Below are positions 1-12,974 of a DNA stretch of 64,000 nucleotides, one piece after another. Origin of the DNA: Camelus dromedarius. Taxonomy: Eukaryota. How positions within the stretch are numbered: position 1 is the stretch's first letter; each line of letters begins with the position of its first letter. The DNA lies in assembly GCF_036321535.1 (NCBI RefSeq), contig NC_087444.1:78678001-78742000 (forward strand). Reading direction: 5' to 3'. Made by a program: the position numbers and the translations under genes. The notes under the pieces were generated by a model. That model had not been told where the DNA came from. It was given only the letters and a program-made list of their open reading frames with translations, and made no database searches.

Positions 1-565
1 CTGCGCAGTGGTGGGCGGGGCCAGTCACATGGGGGTGGGACTTTTTCCTCAAGGAGGGGGCGGCGTCCACAAGCTTGGGTAAAAAGGATTCTGAGGATCA
101 GAGACGCTAAGTGACTCACCCCAGGCGACACAGCACAGAAAGGGCCAGAGCTGGAATTTGCAACCCACAGTTCGGTATTAAGCCATGGAAGTCTTTTTGT
201 CTCAGAGGTTTGATGTATCTCTAGTCCAGAGCAAAGAAGGTGCCAAGTCCATTCATGTGGGCAAATGATCATCATAGTGAACCTGAAATAGCAGTCACTG
301 TTGGCCTGCCTTTATTGTAACGTGCTTGTTCATAGAGTTAGCCTTCCTAAATTATTCCCTTCGTAGGGTTAGCTTTTTAAACTTACTCCCTTGGCCATTA
401 GAAAAGTTGGCACAAGCTCATTTTTAGAAAATTGGGAAAGGAGAGAAACACGTGAGCCGTAGAATGGGAAGACAAATGGCGTTTCACCAGAATCAAGATG
501 CCACTGGTTGTGAGATACCACGTTGTTATGTACCCCAAGGCTGCCCAGTAAACCATGAAACGTGC

Positions 566-810
566 TTTTTTTTAAATTGAGGTATAGTTGATGCACAATA
601 TTATATAAGTTACAGGTGTGCAACACAGTGATTCACAATTTTAAAAGGTTATACTCCTTTAATAGTTATTATAAAGTATTGGCTATATTTCCTGTATTGT
701 ACAGTATATCCTTGTAGCTTATTGGTTCTTTGTATTTGTATAAAATTTGTATCTCTTAATCCCATACCCTGGTTTTTCCCCTCCCCCTTCCCTCTCTCCA
801 CTGGACATAT
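566..810 (-). mobile_element. L1 3' end fragment (artiodactyl-type)
   Basis: poly-T + aaattgaggtatagttgatgcacaat...ttataaagtattggctatatttcctg, typical reverse-complement L1 3'UTR; boundaries approximate. Confidence 0.7.
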
Positions 811-1029
811 GCTTTCTTTACCCTTCACATTTTTATTTTATATGTGGACCTCCAGAGGCATTGTGGGTTTCCCCTTGTCCTTCTGGAAGCTTCTGGCTTT
901 GCATAGTAAAAACATGTGCAGTGTCCCTCTGAGCCTGGGACTTATGGAGCAGAGCCTCCTGGCCAATCCACAGACCTGTGAACATAGAAGAAAGGATTGT
1001 TGTTTTAAGCCACCAAGATTTTGTTTTGT

Positions 1030-2430
1030 TTCGTTTTCATATTTTTCATTATAGGTTATTACAAGATATTGAATATAGTTCCCTGTGCTGTACAGTAGAA
1101 ACTTGTTGTTTATCTATTCTCTATAAAGTAATTAGTATCTGCAAATCTCAAACTCCCAATTTATCCCTTCCCACCCCCTTTCCCCCTGGTAACCATAAGT
1201 TTGTTTTCTATGTCTGTGAGTCTGTTTCTGTTTTGTAAATAAGTTCATTTGTCTCATTTTATTAGATGCCACNNNNNNNNNNNNNNNNNNNNNNNNNNNN
1301 NNNNNNNNNNNNNNNNNNNNNNNNNNNNNNNNNNNNNNNNNNNNNNNNNNNNNNNNNNNNNNNNNNNNNNNNNNNNNNNNNNNNNNNNNNNNNNNNNNNN
1401 NNNNNNNNNNNNNNNNNNNNNNNNNNNNNNNNNNNNNNNNNNNNATTTTTTATTGAGTAATAATCATTTTACAATGTTATGTCAAATTCCAGTGTAGAGC
1501 ACAATTTTTCAGTTATACATGAACATATATATATTCATTGTCACACTTTTTTTTTTTTTGCTGTGAGCTACCATAAGATCTTGTATATATTTCCCTGTGC
1601 TGTACAGTATAATCTTGTTTATCTATTCTACATTTTGAAATCCTAGTCTGTCCCTTCCCACCCCTCACCACCTTGGCAACCACAAGTTTGTATTTTATGT
1701 CTATGAGTCTGTTTCTATTTTGTATTTTTTTTTTTAGATTCCACATATGAGTGATCTCACATGGTATTTTTCTTTCTCTTTCTGGCTTACTTCATGTAGA
1801 ATGACATTCTCCAGGAGCATCCATGTTGCTGCAAATNNNNNNNNNNNNNNNNNNNNNNNNNNNNNNNNNNNNNNNNNNNNNNNNNNNNNNNNNNNNNNNN
1901 NNNNNNNNNNNNNNNNNNNNNNNNNNNNNNNNNNNNNNNNNNNNNNNNNNNNNNNNNNNNNNNNNNNNNNNNNNNNNNNNNNNNNNNNNNNNTTTTGAAG
2001 TAGGGTTCCTTCTGGATATATGCCCAGGAGCAGGATTCCTGGTTCATATGGTAANNNNNNNNNNNNNNNNNNNNNNNNNNNNNNNNNNNNNNNNNNNNNN
2101 NNNNNNNNNNNNNNNNNNNNNNNNNNNNNNNNNNNNNNNNNNNNNNNNNNNNNNNNNNNNNNNNNNNNNNNNNNNNNNNNNNNNCTTGTGAAAGATGGCC
2201 ATTCTGACTGATGTGAGGTGATACCTCATTGTAGTTTTGATTTGCACTTCTCTGATAATTAGTGATATTGAACATTTTTTCATGTGCCTATTGATCATTC
2301 ATACCATATCTTCTTTATCCAGTCATCTGTCGATGGGCATTTAGGTTGCTTCCATGTGTTGGCTGTTGTAAATAGTGGTGCTGTGAACATTGGGGTGCAT
2401 GTGTCTTTTTGAATTAGTTTCCTCTGGATA
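1030..2430 (-). mobile_element. Nested L1 3' ends: older copy (1030-1444, resuming ~2301-2430) interrupted by younger copy (~1445-2300)
   Basis: L1 3'UTR motifs (ttattacaagatattgaatatagttccctgtgctg; ccagtcatctgtcgatgggcatttagg); a second poly-T-led copy starts at 1445 and the first copy's consensus resumes at ~2301; three N runs inside. Confidence 0.75.
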
Positions 2431-2476
2431 TAAATATGGTTTTTAAACTGTTTTCATTATAAAGCTATATTTAACT

Positions 2477-2768
2477 GTTGTGGGTTGAACTGTGTCTCCC
2501 TCACATCTCTTCCCCCAACCGCCCCAGTGATATTTTCAAGTCCTAATGCTCAATATCTCAGAACGTTATGTGGAAGAAGGGGCTTTACAGAGGAAGTCAA
2601 GTTAAAATTAGGTCATTAGGGTGGATCCTAATCCAGTAGGGCTAGTGTCCTTGTAAAAAGGGGAAATCTGGATACAGAGACAGGCATGCACAGAAGGTTG
2701 CCTTCACAGGAACTGGGTGTTAGGATTCCAACATACCCCTTTTGAGGGGGGCAGAATTCAACCGATAG
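2477..2768. mobile_element. MaLR (MLT1-like) LTR fragments, one + (2477-~2695) and one - (~2697-2768)
   Basis: tgttgtgggttgaactgtgtc...gtcattagggtggatcctaatccag...gtccttgtaaaaagggga is MLT1-like; ttaggattccaacata...aattcaacc is the reverse complement of an MLT1 5' end. Confidence 0.7.
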
Positions 2769-3659
2769 CAGTGAGGAAGGGGTTTTGCCACAGCCACGCT
2801 CAGCTGCTTGGATGAGAGACCAGGGAAGGCTCTTTTGAAGCATGATTGGATTTGTCCAAGAGTAAAAAGTGACTAGGAGACCTGGGTGTACACGAGGCAT
2901 TGCATATATCGGTCAGCCGTGGGGTTTAAACCAGTGATGGAGGGAGGTGACATAAGAGGGTGGGGAAGACGAGTAGAAAAGTGGAAGGACCAGTGCGTTT
3001 TGGGCACAAGTGGGGTCAAAGGATTTTGGGCATCTAGTTTTAGAGGGAGGGGCTTGTCAAGGTCTAGGGGGTGACCTGAGAGCAGATAGTTCACAGGACG
3101 AGGTCACAGGAGGGGAGTTCAGGACCTAGAAAGGTCGGGGTGTTGGAGGGGTCGTGCAGCTTAGAGTGATTTTATTTCATTCTTAAACCATGACAGTTAC
3201 TTCGGAGTGGGATGTGTGTGCATGTTGGGCACTGCACAACTTCTCAGACCTGGGAGTCAGACTGGACAATGTCCCCTCCCTCTTCCTGTTCCACGTGATT
3301 TTCCTGTGCCACTTGCTTCTCTTTGCAGTGACTACTGCACAAAGGTCTGATGTCAGGGAAAGGAGTGTAGAGAGGGCTGATGTTGAAATCCACCGGAGAT
3401 GGTAGTTCACGTGGTGTCAGACAGATGTCGAATATCGCTGTACATCCATTAAGTTGTGGATAGCCAGGGCGCCTCAGCGCACCGTTTGGGAACCATGGGT
3501 GTATCCCCTTACAGATGCATATTGTAGGCATGTAAGGAGATCGTACTGTGTATAGGGATTGGCAATCTTGCTTTTTTTAATTTAGCAGCACATAACAGGA
3601 ACTTTTTTTGGTGGTGGTCATTAAGACATCTTCTACAACATAACATATTTTTAATGGCT

Positions 3660-3890
3660 GCCACTATTGAAACAACACTTTGTAAAAATGTGACTTTATT
3701 GGCTGTCCTCATTTGTGAGTACTGACATGTGCATAACACCACCAGGGCCACAATCAAGATACAGAATGTTTCCTCCACCGCAGAACCTCCCTCATTTCCC
3801 TCCGGCCTCTTCCCCTAACCCTTGTCTACAACCAGTTTGGTTGCCATCTCTGTGATTTCGCCTTTTCCCCAGAATATCATACAAGTGGAT
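3660..3890 (-). mobile_element. Ancient L1M 3' fragment
   Basis: caccaccagggccacaatcaagatacagaatgtttcctccacc...ccagaatatcatacaagtgga resembles old L1M 3'UTR. Confidence 0.55.
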
Positions 3891-4396
3891 AAAAGATGGT
3901 GTCTCTAAGAGGACGGAATGTCCTGGTTGTCACGGAAACCCGCAGTGGAAAGCCTGACCCAGTCAGAGAAGGGAATTCAGGGCACGGTGGTTTGGGGGGT
4001 TTAGGTCAGTCCCCTCTCTTGTAGCTCGTCAGGATTCCTAAACCTACCCCTGCAGCTGGGATGAGAGAGGTGAGGTGGATTTCCCAGCAGACATCTCCAC
4101 AGGGTCCCCTCCGCACCGATTCTCAGCGTGACTGCGGCTGCCTGAGATCCCACAGGCCCAGCTCTCTTTCCAATGTATGGAATCTCCCTTCACGGGCGTT
4201 TGAGGCAGGGGTTAGAAGATGCCAGTGTTTTGGGGTTTTTTCCAAGTGCCTCCATCTCTCACATGAATCACGAGCGTCCCTTCTCTTGTCTCCTGCCCCC
4301 TCCCCTCCCCTTCCATCCCATTTAAGGGGGATGGGGTGAGGTCAGCAGGGGTCCTGAAGTGATGGGATATTTGGCATCAGGTGAAGAGAAAGAGGG

Positions 4397-4750
4397 TGAA
4401 CCTAGAGATGATCATATTAAGTGAAGTAAGTCCGACAGAGAAAGACAAATATCCTATAATATCACTTATATGTGGACTCCGAGAAAGCGATACAAACTCC
4501 GTTTACAAACCCAGAACAGGCTCACGGACATAGAAAAGAAACGACGCCATCTGTCGATGGACAGTTAGGTTGTTTCCATGTCTTGGCTGTTGTAAACAGT
4601 GCTGCTGTGAACGTTGCGGTGCATGTATCTTTTTGAGTTAGAGTTCCCTCTGGATAAATGCCCAGGAGTGGGATTGCTGGATCACATGGTAAGTTTGTTT
4701 CTAGTTTTTTGAGGAATCTCCATACTGTTTCCCATAGTGGCTGCTCTAAA
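4397..4750. mobile_element. Two abutting L1 fragments in opposite orientation (+ 4397-4545; - 4546-4750)
   Basis: gaacctagagatgatcatattaagtgaag (+ sense) followed directly by ccatctgtcgatggacagttaggttg...catactgtttcccatagtggctg (antisense; ORF 4522..4848 gives L1 ORF2 C-terminal PLWETVWRFLKKL). Confidence 0.75.
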
Positions 4751-4879
4751 CTCTCATTTATTTTCTGTTTCAACTTGAGGGAATGCCTCTGAATTTGTGA
4801 AGTGCCCGTGTGGTCACTAGATGGCACTCTTGAATCATGGAGAAGCAAACAGGTTTTTTTCTTAATTCAAAAAACATTT

Positions 4880-6250
4880 TTTTTTAAATTGTGAGCTATG
4901 ACGCCTATAACGCATATTGTGAAATAGAACATAAACAGGACAAGATTCTACAATGCAGCAAGTTATTTTCAATAGTAATCACATAGAATCATACTCCTGT
5001 CTAGTAAAGTTATCCGCTTTAGTATTTCCAAGGACACTTACAGGCATCTGTCCGTCACTACCCTCCCGCCTTCCCCGCCCAGACATGGGCACAATCCTGG
5101 CGTCTAACAGTGTAATTTTTGTTTTAGCTGCTGTTGGACTTTATATGTATGGATTTATACACTCGATGTTCTTGGATAGCTCAACACATTTGGGAGATTT
5201 AACTCTGCTGTTGCCCGTAGGTATCATTTGATCATTTTTCTTGCTTTTTGGGGGGTTAAATTCTTCATACATTCGGTGTTAATGGACGTTGGCTTGGTTT
5301 CTGGCTTGACGCTGCTGTAAACATTCTTGTACGCGTCTGGGCGCGCAAGTCCATGCATTACGACAGAATACGCCTGTAGGAGTGTAGTTGCTTTGTCACA
5401 GAATTTGTGCTGGTTAAATTTTAGGAGGTATCGCCAAGTTTACTGCTGTAGTGGCCCAGTTCCCCTTCCCAGCACCAGTGAACGAGTGTTTGCATCTGTC
5501 TTCCAGTCCACAGCGTGGCAGTAAGTGCTGTTTGGTGTTGGCTGTATACGAAGGTCTGTAGTCCTATCTCATGACACCTTTCTTTTGCATTTTCCTCCTT
5601 GCTAATGCATTTGCAGATTTTTTTTTCTGAAGTACAGTCAGTTACAATGTGTCCATTTCTGGTGTGCAGCACAATGTCCCAGTCATGCATATACATACAT
5701 ATATTTGTTTTCATATTCTTTTTCATTAAAGGTTATTACAAGATGTTGAATATAGTTCCTTGTGCTGTACAGAAAAAACTTTAAAAATCTATTTTTATAT
5801 ATAGTGGCTAATATCTGTAAATCTCAAACTCCCAGATTTATCTGTTCCCACCCCCTTTCCCCGGTAACCATAAGATTGTTTACTATGTCTGTGAGTCTGT
5901 TTCTTGTTTTGTAGATGAGTTCATAGTGTCCCTTTTTTTAGATTCCACATACGAGTGACATCATATGGTATTTTTCCTTCTCTTTTTGGCTTACTTCACT
6001 TAGAATGATGATCTCCAGGTCCATCCCACTTGAGTTTTTAATCTACTGAATGGCAGTTGAATGTCTTCCTTTCTGACGGGCTGGTTTAAATTTCTTCCCC
6101 AGCATTTTCTACTGAAGCTTTCCCCTCCCTGTCTTTTTGCTTTATAAAAGTTATTTCTGTGTTCAAGAGATGAGCTCTTTTTCAAAAATAGTTGTTGCAT
6201 ATAATTTCCCACACTCTAGCTTGACTTTTCATTCCCTTCATTGTGTGTGT
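4880..6250 (-). mobile_element. Ancient L1M fragment interrupted by a younger L1 3' end (~5620-6030)
   Basis: highly diverged L1 antisense on both sides; inner copy tttttttctgaagtacagtcagttacaatgtg...ctccaggtccatcc matches other young copies in the window. Confidence 0.65.
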
Positions 6251-6295
6251 CTGTTTGTGTGTGTGTGTGTTTGATAAATAGAGTGCTTAGTGGGT

Positions 6296-6846
6296 CTTTT
6301 TTTGAAGTATAGTCAGTTTACAATGTGTCAATGTCTGGTTTACAGCATAACGTCATACATATACGTACATATATTCCTTTTCATATTCTTTTTTATTATA
6401 GGCTATTACAAGGTATGGACTATAGTTCCCTGTGCTGTATAGAATACATTTGTTGTTTATCTACTTTATAGATAGTGTTTACTATTTGCAAATCTCAAAC
6501 TCCCAATTTATCCCTTCCTACCCCGTTTCCCCCCAGTTACCATAAATTTGTTTACTATGTCTGTGAGTCTGTTTCTGGTTTGTAGATGAGTTCATTAGTG
6601 TCTTCTTCTTTCTTTCTTTCTTTCTTTTTTTTTGATTCCACGTATAAGTGATATCATATGGCATTTTTCTTTCTCTTTCTGCCTTACTTCACTTGGACTG
6701 ACATTCTTCAGCTCCATCCATGTTGCTGCAAATGGCATTATTTTATTATTTTTATGGCTGAGTAGTATTCCATTGTGTGTATATACCACATCTTCTGTAT
6801 CCAGTCATCTGTCGATGGGTATTTAGGTTGTTTCCATGTCTTGGCT
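6296..6846 (-). mobile_element. L1 3' end
   Basis: ttttttgaagtatagtcagtttac...gttgctgcaaatggcattattttatt...gtcatctgtcgatggg; an unmasked copy of the region that is N-masked in other copies. Confidence 0.85.
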
Positions 6847-7449
6847 AGAGTACTTAGTTTTAATATATTCAAACCAATTGTGCTGGTTTAGAAGTCTAAA
6901 CAGACCACTAAGCAGTGTGTCTCCTACTGTCTTCTAAGAGTTTTATTAATTTTGAGTTTACTTTTCCTTCTTCCCTTAGAGGGAATATAATTTTAAGAAC
7001 AGTTTGAGAGAGGAAATTTCATGTCCTCTCTTAAAAGTGGTGAGTTGGGCTAAGGCCATTTGTTGAACTGCTTTTGCTCCCTTCACTTCTCTGCAATGCC
7101 GCTCCCCCCTGGGAATTAAATAAACATTTGTGTGTTGGCTGACTTCTTTGCTCACTTTGCTAGCTCACTGGTCAGGTTTCCTGATTGTTAATTACTGTAG
7201 CTTTGAGATCAGTGTCGTTTCCCACTGGAGTTGATCCTTTATCTTCCCTCGTGGATTTTAGATTCATCCTGCCTAGTTTCATGCACAGGCACACACTTAC
7301 ATGTGCACATGCACACACACCTGTGGGGTTTCGCCTGGGCTGGCACATCTGTAGACTAATGTAGGCGAAAATGACTGATGCTCAAACTCATAACGTGCTG
7401 GCGTTACATACGTTCTCTTCAGTTCTTCTCTTCAATGGCACTCAACTTG

Positions 7450-7855
7450 TTAAAAATGAAAATTGTATATACTTATGGTATACAGTGTGATGATTTGATG
7501 TACAAAGACATAGTAAAATGATCACTATGGTCAAGCTAATCAAAGCATCATCTCCTCACAAATCATACCTCACAAATATTGCCAATTATTTTTGTGATGA
7601 GAGTTCCTGAAAACTGCTCTCTCAGCAGATACCCAGAGTTCAGTGCAGTGTTGACTACAGTCACCTTACTGTACGTGCAGTGTCCGCGGATTCTGTACGT
7701 GCAGTGTTATCCATCCTACATAACTGCAAGTTTTAAGCAACATCTCTCCGTTTCCCCACCGCCCCCACCCCGGTAACCGCCATTCTGCTCTCTGCTTCTG
7801 TGTTGTCAGCTTTTTTAGCTTCCACCTGTAAGTGAGATCATGCAGTTTTTTCCAG
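7450..7855 (-). mobile_element. Older L1 (L1MA/L1_Art-like) 3' end
   Basis: atgatcactatggtcaagctaatc...ggtaaccgccattctgctctctgcttctg...gtaagtgagatcatgcag. Confidence 0.65.
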
Positions 7856-8197
7856 GAATCTTTGCATTTGTCTCTTGGGGGCCAACAAACAAACCAAAAC
7901 AACAATAACAAAACCCCTGCTTTCTGCAAAGAGTGGCTCTGTCTCTGGTTTTCAAAATCCCTCTTTGCAGAAAGTAAGGTTTCTTTGTCTGTTTGTTTTT
8001 GGTTTGTCTGTTGGCCTACTGCTTTGGGCAGATGGAAACTCCAAGGACAGCAGCGTGCTGTCTCAGTGTCACAGGCGGGCCGACCAGCCCCTCCTGGTTG
8101 CTCAGCACTGTGTCTGGGGTGCGGGGCTTTCAGGGCTAAAACCAGGGCAGGCTTGGGAAAACTGGGGTGCATTGCTCACCCTTAAAGTTGGAGAGGC

Positions 8198-8838
8198 CTT
8201 GTATATGCAGAGAAACTCTAATTTGAAAAGATACATGCACCACAATGTTCACAGCTGCACTATTTACAATAGCTAAGACATGGAAGCAACCTAAATGTCC
8301 ATCGACAGATGACTGCATAAGATATATACAAATCTATCTATATATATACATACACACACACACACACACGCACATATATACACAACGAAATATTACCCAA
8401 CCATAAAAAAGAATGAAATAGTGCCATTTGCAGCTACATGGATGGACCTGGAAATCATCATACTAAGTGAAATCAACTAGAAAGAGAAAGAAAAATTCCA
8501 CATGGTATCACTTATATATGGAATAAAAAAAAGGGGGGGGCACAGATGAACTTATTTACAAAATAGAGAGACTCACAGGCATAGAAAACAAACTTATGGT
8601 TACCAGAGGGGAAAGGGAGTGGAGAGGGATAAACTGGGAGTTTGGGATTAGTGGATACCAACTATGATATATTAAATAGATAAACAGCAAGGTTCTACTG
8701 TGTAGCACAGGGAACTATATTGGATACCTTGTGATGGCCTATAATGAAAAAAGTATGAAAAGGAACATGCACACACGCATGTAACTGAACCACTGTGCCT
8801 TCTGGAAGCTGATACAACATTATATTGCAATTTAAAAA
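8198..8838 (+). mobile_element. 5'-truncated L1 with 14-bp target-site duplication
   Basis: L1 3' region ending in an A-tail; aaagttggagaggc at 8184-8197 and 8839-8852; TT/AAAG endonuclease-type site. Confidence 0.9.
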
Positions 8839-9790
8839 AAAGTTGGAGAGGCTTCGGCGTTCTCTGGCAATTGCTTGTGTTTTGCCTGAGTTCACAGGTG
8901 ATTACAGACCTTGTTTGTGCCTCACTCTGTCGCGGTCACAGAACGGCCGTGTCTGATGGCCGTGTGCTGTGACATTGTGGCTGTTCCACAGGAGGGCACC
9001 GAGGCCTCACCGTGAGTGCCAGGCCAGCTCCCTCGGGTCAAGGGCTGCTGTTTCTCTGCAGACTTCTCACTCCAAGTCCACGAGTGCTTTCTGGGTCACA
9101 ACTACTGAGTTTCTCTGTATTTTTCACACACAGAATCTGTGGCTCTCGGAAAGGCCCCATAACCTGTCCGCAGTGTAGCTGGGGTGACCACCCTACGTCC
9201 AGACTGTGCGTTTCCGTCTTGAGTCACCTGCACACGCACAGCAGCACGGATTCTGGTGGGCAGGAGGAATCCATGCACACAAAACTTTCCCTCTAATGAC
9301 TCTGACAGATGCAGAAAGTTTTCTTTTTTCCGATGTCCCAGTCCAGTCTTTGGCTAACAAGCACCAATTTCCCAGGTGGTGCCCAGGAACCTCCAGAGGT
9401 GCAGGGTGGGGAGGGGCTTCCAATTACTCAGTGCTCTCTGCTTCCTCAGTTCTCCATCCGTTCCCGTGGGGCTTTTGGGAGACCGTGCGGGAGACGGAAG
9501 GGAAACGTACAGAGAGAGGGAGCTGGGGCATTTTTATTCTCAGGGATGCTGCTTGAGAAAGTGCTGGGATCCAAGACGTTCCTGTGGACTCCTTGGATTT
9601 ACTTTCTTATTCTCCACTAAGTTTGAAAGCAGTCTGAACCCTATTTGTATGTGGTCTCCTCATGGAAAGAATGAGTGAAGTTGCTGGATTGGACCCTACT
9701 GGATCCAGGTGTGTGGCTGGGTATGGGGGAAGGGTGGGAGGAGGGTGTTCCACCTGATGAAGCTTAATCTAGCCAAGCCATACTTCCTTC

Positions 9791-9913
9791 CTTCCATCCA
9801 TCCAGCCAGTCAGCCATCCATCTGTTGTCCATTTATCTTTCTATTTATCCATCCGTCACCCATCATCCATCCATCTTTCCATCCATCCGTCACCCATCAT
9901 CCATCCATCCATC
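9791..9913. repeat. Degenerate (CCAT)n simple repeat
   Basis: tccatccatcc arrays with a duplicated ccatccgtcacccatcatccatcc unit. Confidence 0.85.
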
Positions 9914-12900
9914 CTGGTGTTCTCTTCCCTCTCCCTCCTGGTCATGCTGCTAGTGTCACTTGTTTTCTCCCGACCCTGTTCCATCACTTCCTTGGGAAGC
10001 ATCTTTATCTCCTCAGATTAAGACAGAGTCTCTTTTGCTTGAGTTTCATGTCAGAAACTCAAATTCCAGCAAGTGCTGGACAGGTACTTAGTGTCCCCAC
10101 TGTGTCCCCCTCTCCTAGTACAGGCATGTCCCCTCTCATCCCCTTCAAATGACAGCGTTCAATTTGGGTGTCAGGGCAAAGGAGGAGATAAAGGGATGTG
10201 CATGTTTCCCCTGTCGTGTGAAAAACTGTAGCCTACCCGTGTTCTCCCCCTCACTTAGCACCCTGACTACTGCCTGCACCAAACTCACTCTTCCATTCTC
10301 CTCATTTAACAGCATATTAGAAATCTTTATCAATGTAAAATGTTTCCTTCTCATTTCTGCATAGCATTATGTGTTGTGGATGGATCCTAATTTCCTTACC
10401 CAGTCCTGTATTTATAGTTACGGAGAGTTTCCCATTTTCTGGAATATAACCTAGTACTTATGTCTAAAAAATATGTTTGAAAATAGTCCGTTTGATCTTT
10501 CACTCTGCACATGTGATCACGTCGGTCAGAAAAATTCCCAGATGTTGCAGACCTTGGTAAAGGATATGTGCAGTGATAGACTGTCAGGGAAGGGAGCTCA
10601 GTGGGACCAGAGCAAGGTCTTCGGATGGTCTAAGAGCAGTGGGAGCCCCAAGACTTGTAAAGACAAGATTAGAAGAGACTTGTTTTTATCCAGCATTTAG
10701 GATGGACCAGAGAGTCTTCTGCCCTCCTCCCCTCCCCTCATTCAGTCCCCCAGCACTCTTCTCCACAGAGTGGGGGCGATTCTTCCCATTTTCCGGATGA
10801 GGAGCTGAGTTCATGAGCAGCAGAGGGGCTTGGTGATGATGACCCCAGTTCTGGAGCAAGGGGACTATTCCTGTGATGTAAGTGCCACGCTCAGCCAGCC
10901 CCTTGCGGACCCTTTGCTGTAAGATGTTCAAATTCCTCATCAAGGCTAAAAAGACCTGTGCTGTCCTGTACACCTTCCATCCTGAATTCCCGTGGAATTC
11001 CACTGCAGGGCTGCAGGGTTTGATTGCTGATTTATTTGCATACTTATTTATATCCTGTCTCCACCCCTCACTGTGATTGCTTTGGTTTCGGGCACAATAC
11101 CTTCTTTATTACTGTGTCCCTATACCTGGAACAGACTGTAGGGAATGGGGAACAAGCATTTGTTGAACTCACGAGTGAATGAATGGCAAGGCTTACTGTT
11201 TTTCCTTTAGATTTCCTTTGTATCTTAATATTATTTAAAATATCTAGCCTTATCCTATACTAAGAGATTATAGTTCTTGGTAATTATACAAAGCAAATAA
11301 TCTTACAAGTGTGCAAAGATGTATGTGTGTAAAATAGTGTTTAAGAAATGACTGTTTGTTGTAATTTTTAAAGAAGGAAATAATCTAAATGGTGAAAATG
11401 AGAGATGAGGTGCATGAACCGTGACATACATATCAACGCTTTGGAATGTGCCATTACTTGAAAGAGACAGATAAATCTGATTTACTTGTGTGACTATGTC
11501 AGCGCTGTGGTGATAAGAGAAAAAAGTTACAGAACAGACTGATGTGTGGGTTCCTGTTTTCTTCTCTGTGTTCATGTCTGTACTGTGTGTGTGCTCAGAA
11601 AAATACTGCAAATGAGTTATACTAAAATATTAGCAGTGGTTACATCTGGTAATGGACTTGTGGGTTTTATCTTATTTTTATCTCTGTAGTAATTTCTATC
11701 TGCAAATTTTGAACATGGTTAATTGAACATTGAGGATAATTAATAACATAAATAGTTGCCCTAATTTACTCACAGTGTTCCAGGTCTGTGCTCCTTGCTT
11801 CTTAGACATAGTTGCATGTAATCATCTCCCTATTCCCGGGAGGAAGATCCTTTATTCCCATTTTACAGATGAACTCAGGATTGCCAGTGGGTTTTCCAAG
11901 TTCGAATAGCTACTAAGGGACAGCACTAGGATTTAAACCTGGACAAAAGTGACACCTGAGGCATTACACAATACTCTCTCCTTTCTAGTGGTGTTTATGC
12001 AAATCTGTACATGTGCTGAAACTCACAGAACTGTAGACAGAAAAAAATTCAGCCTTATGCATATTAATATCAAGACTTAAAAATTGAGTTGGTCATCTGA
12101 AGGATTAAATGAAGGAAGGTTGGAGCTGTCTGCATATCCCACCCCTTAGAGGAAAGATAAGAGTACTCTTAGATCATGACTGATAAATTCAGATATCTGT
12201 GGGGACCAGCTAGGAATATCAGTGGGTGAGGCAGCTTCAGCAGGATGACAAATCATAGCTGGCACACATTTTCAGTGTCCCAGAGAGGGTGAGCTGGAGG
12301 GATTCCTCCACTGAAGAGGGCAGGTCTGCATCGCAATCTCTAGATGATTTGGAATGCTCTCACTGCTAATAAGTGAGCCAATTAAAGCACAGGTGAAAGC
12401 CAGACTTAACACACTAGTGCTACTCTTCAAATTTTTCTTTAGGCTTGTCAGCTCCTCAAGAGTACAGCCTGTTTCCCTGGCCAACCATTGTAATACCATT
12501 GCCTCAGACAGAGTATGAACTGAGCTGGTAGCGGCTCAAAAATGTTTGTTGAAGGAGTGAATCAATCCATTAAGGAAACAATGCCAGTGAACCCACCCAT
12601 ACATGAATTCATGATTGAATAAATCAGTGATAAATGCATGAATGAAATAATCCATGAACCAAGACATGGAAGCATCAATGAATGGCTGGCCCAGTCCATC
12701 CAACAATCCATCAATCCATGAATCTGTGAATGACTATATGATTGGATGGGTCAGTGCAGGCTGCTGAGTGGTGGGATGCATTAAGCAACATTCCCAGCAA
12801 AGGACACAGCAATGCAGAGGTAAAGGAGTCGTGATCTGTGCAGCAGTGCCCAGGAACCCATTAATGTTGGTGCCTTGAAAGAGTCAAATCGTATTTATAT

Positions 12901-12974
12901 GCAGCTGCTAGTTTCTGAACAGGCTGCTCAAGATGACCCATGTTTCCCCACCCAGATGGGGTTTCAGGAGGACC

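Noticed and set aside
1249-2298. ORFs spanning N runs (here and at the other gaps)
   Set aside because: Artefacts of translating N as X.
7105-7122. EBF-like CCCCCTGGGA next to AATTAAAT as an OR enhancer; also TAAT-rich stretch at ~61500-61560
   Set aside because: Short motifs occur often by chance. Unsupported without conservation or chromatin data.
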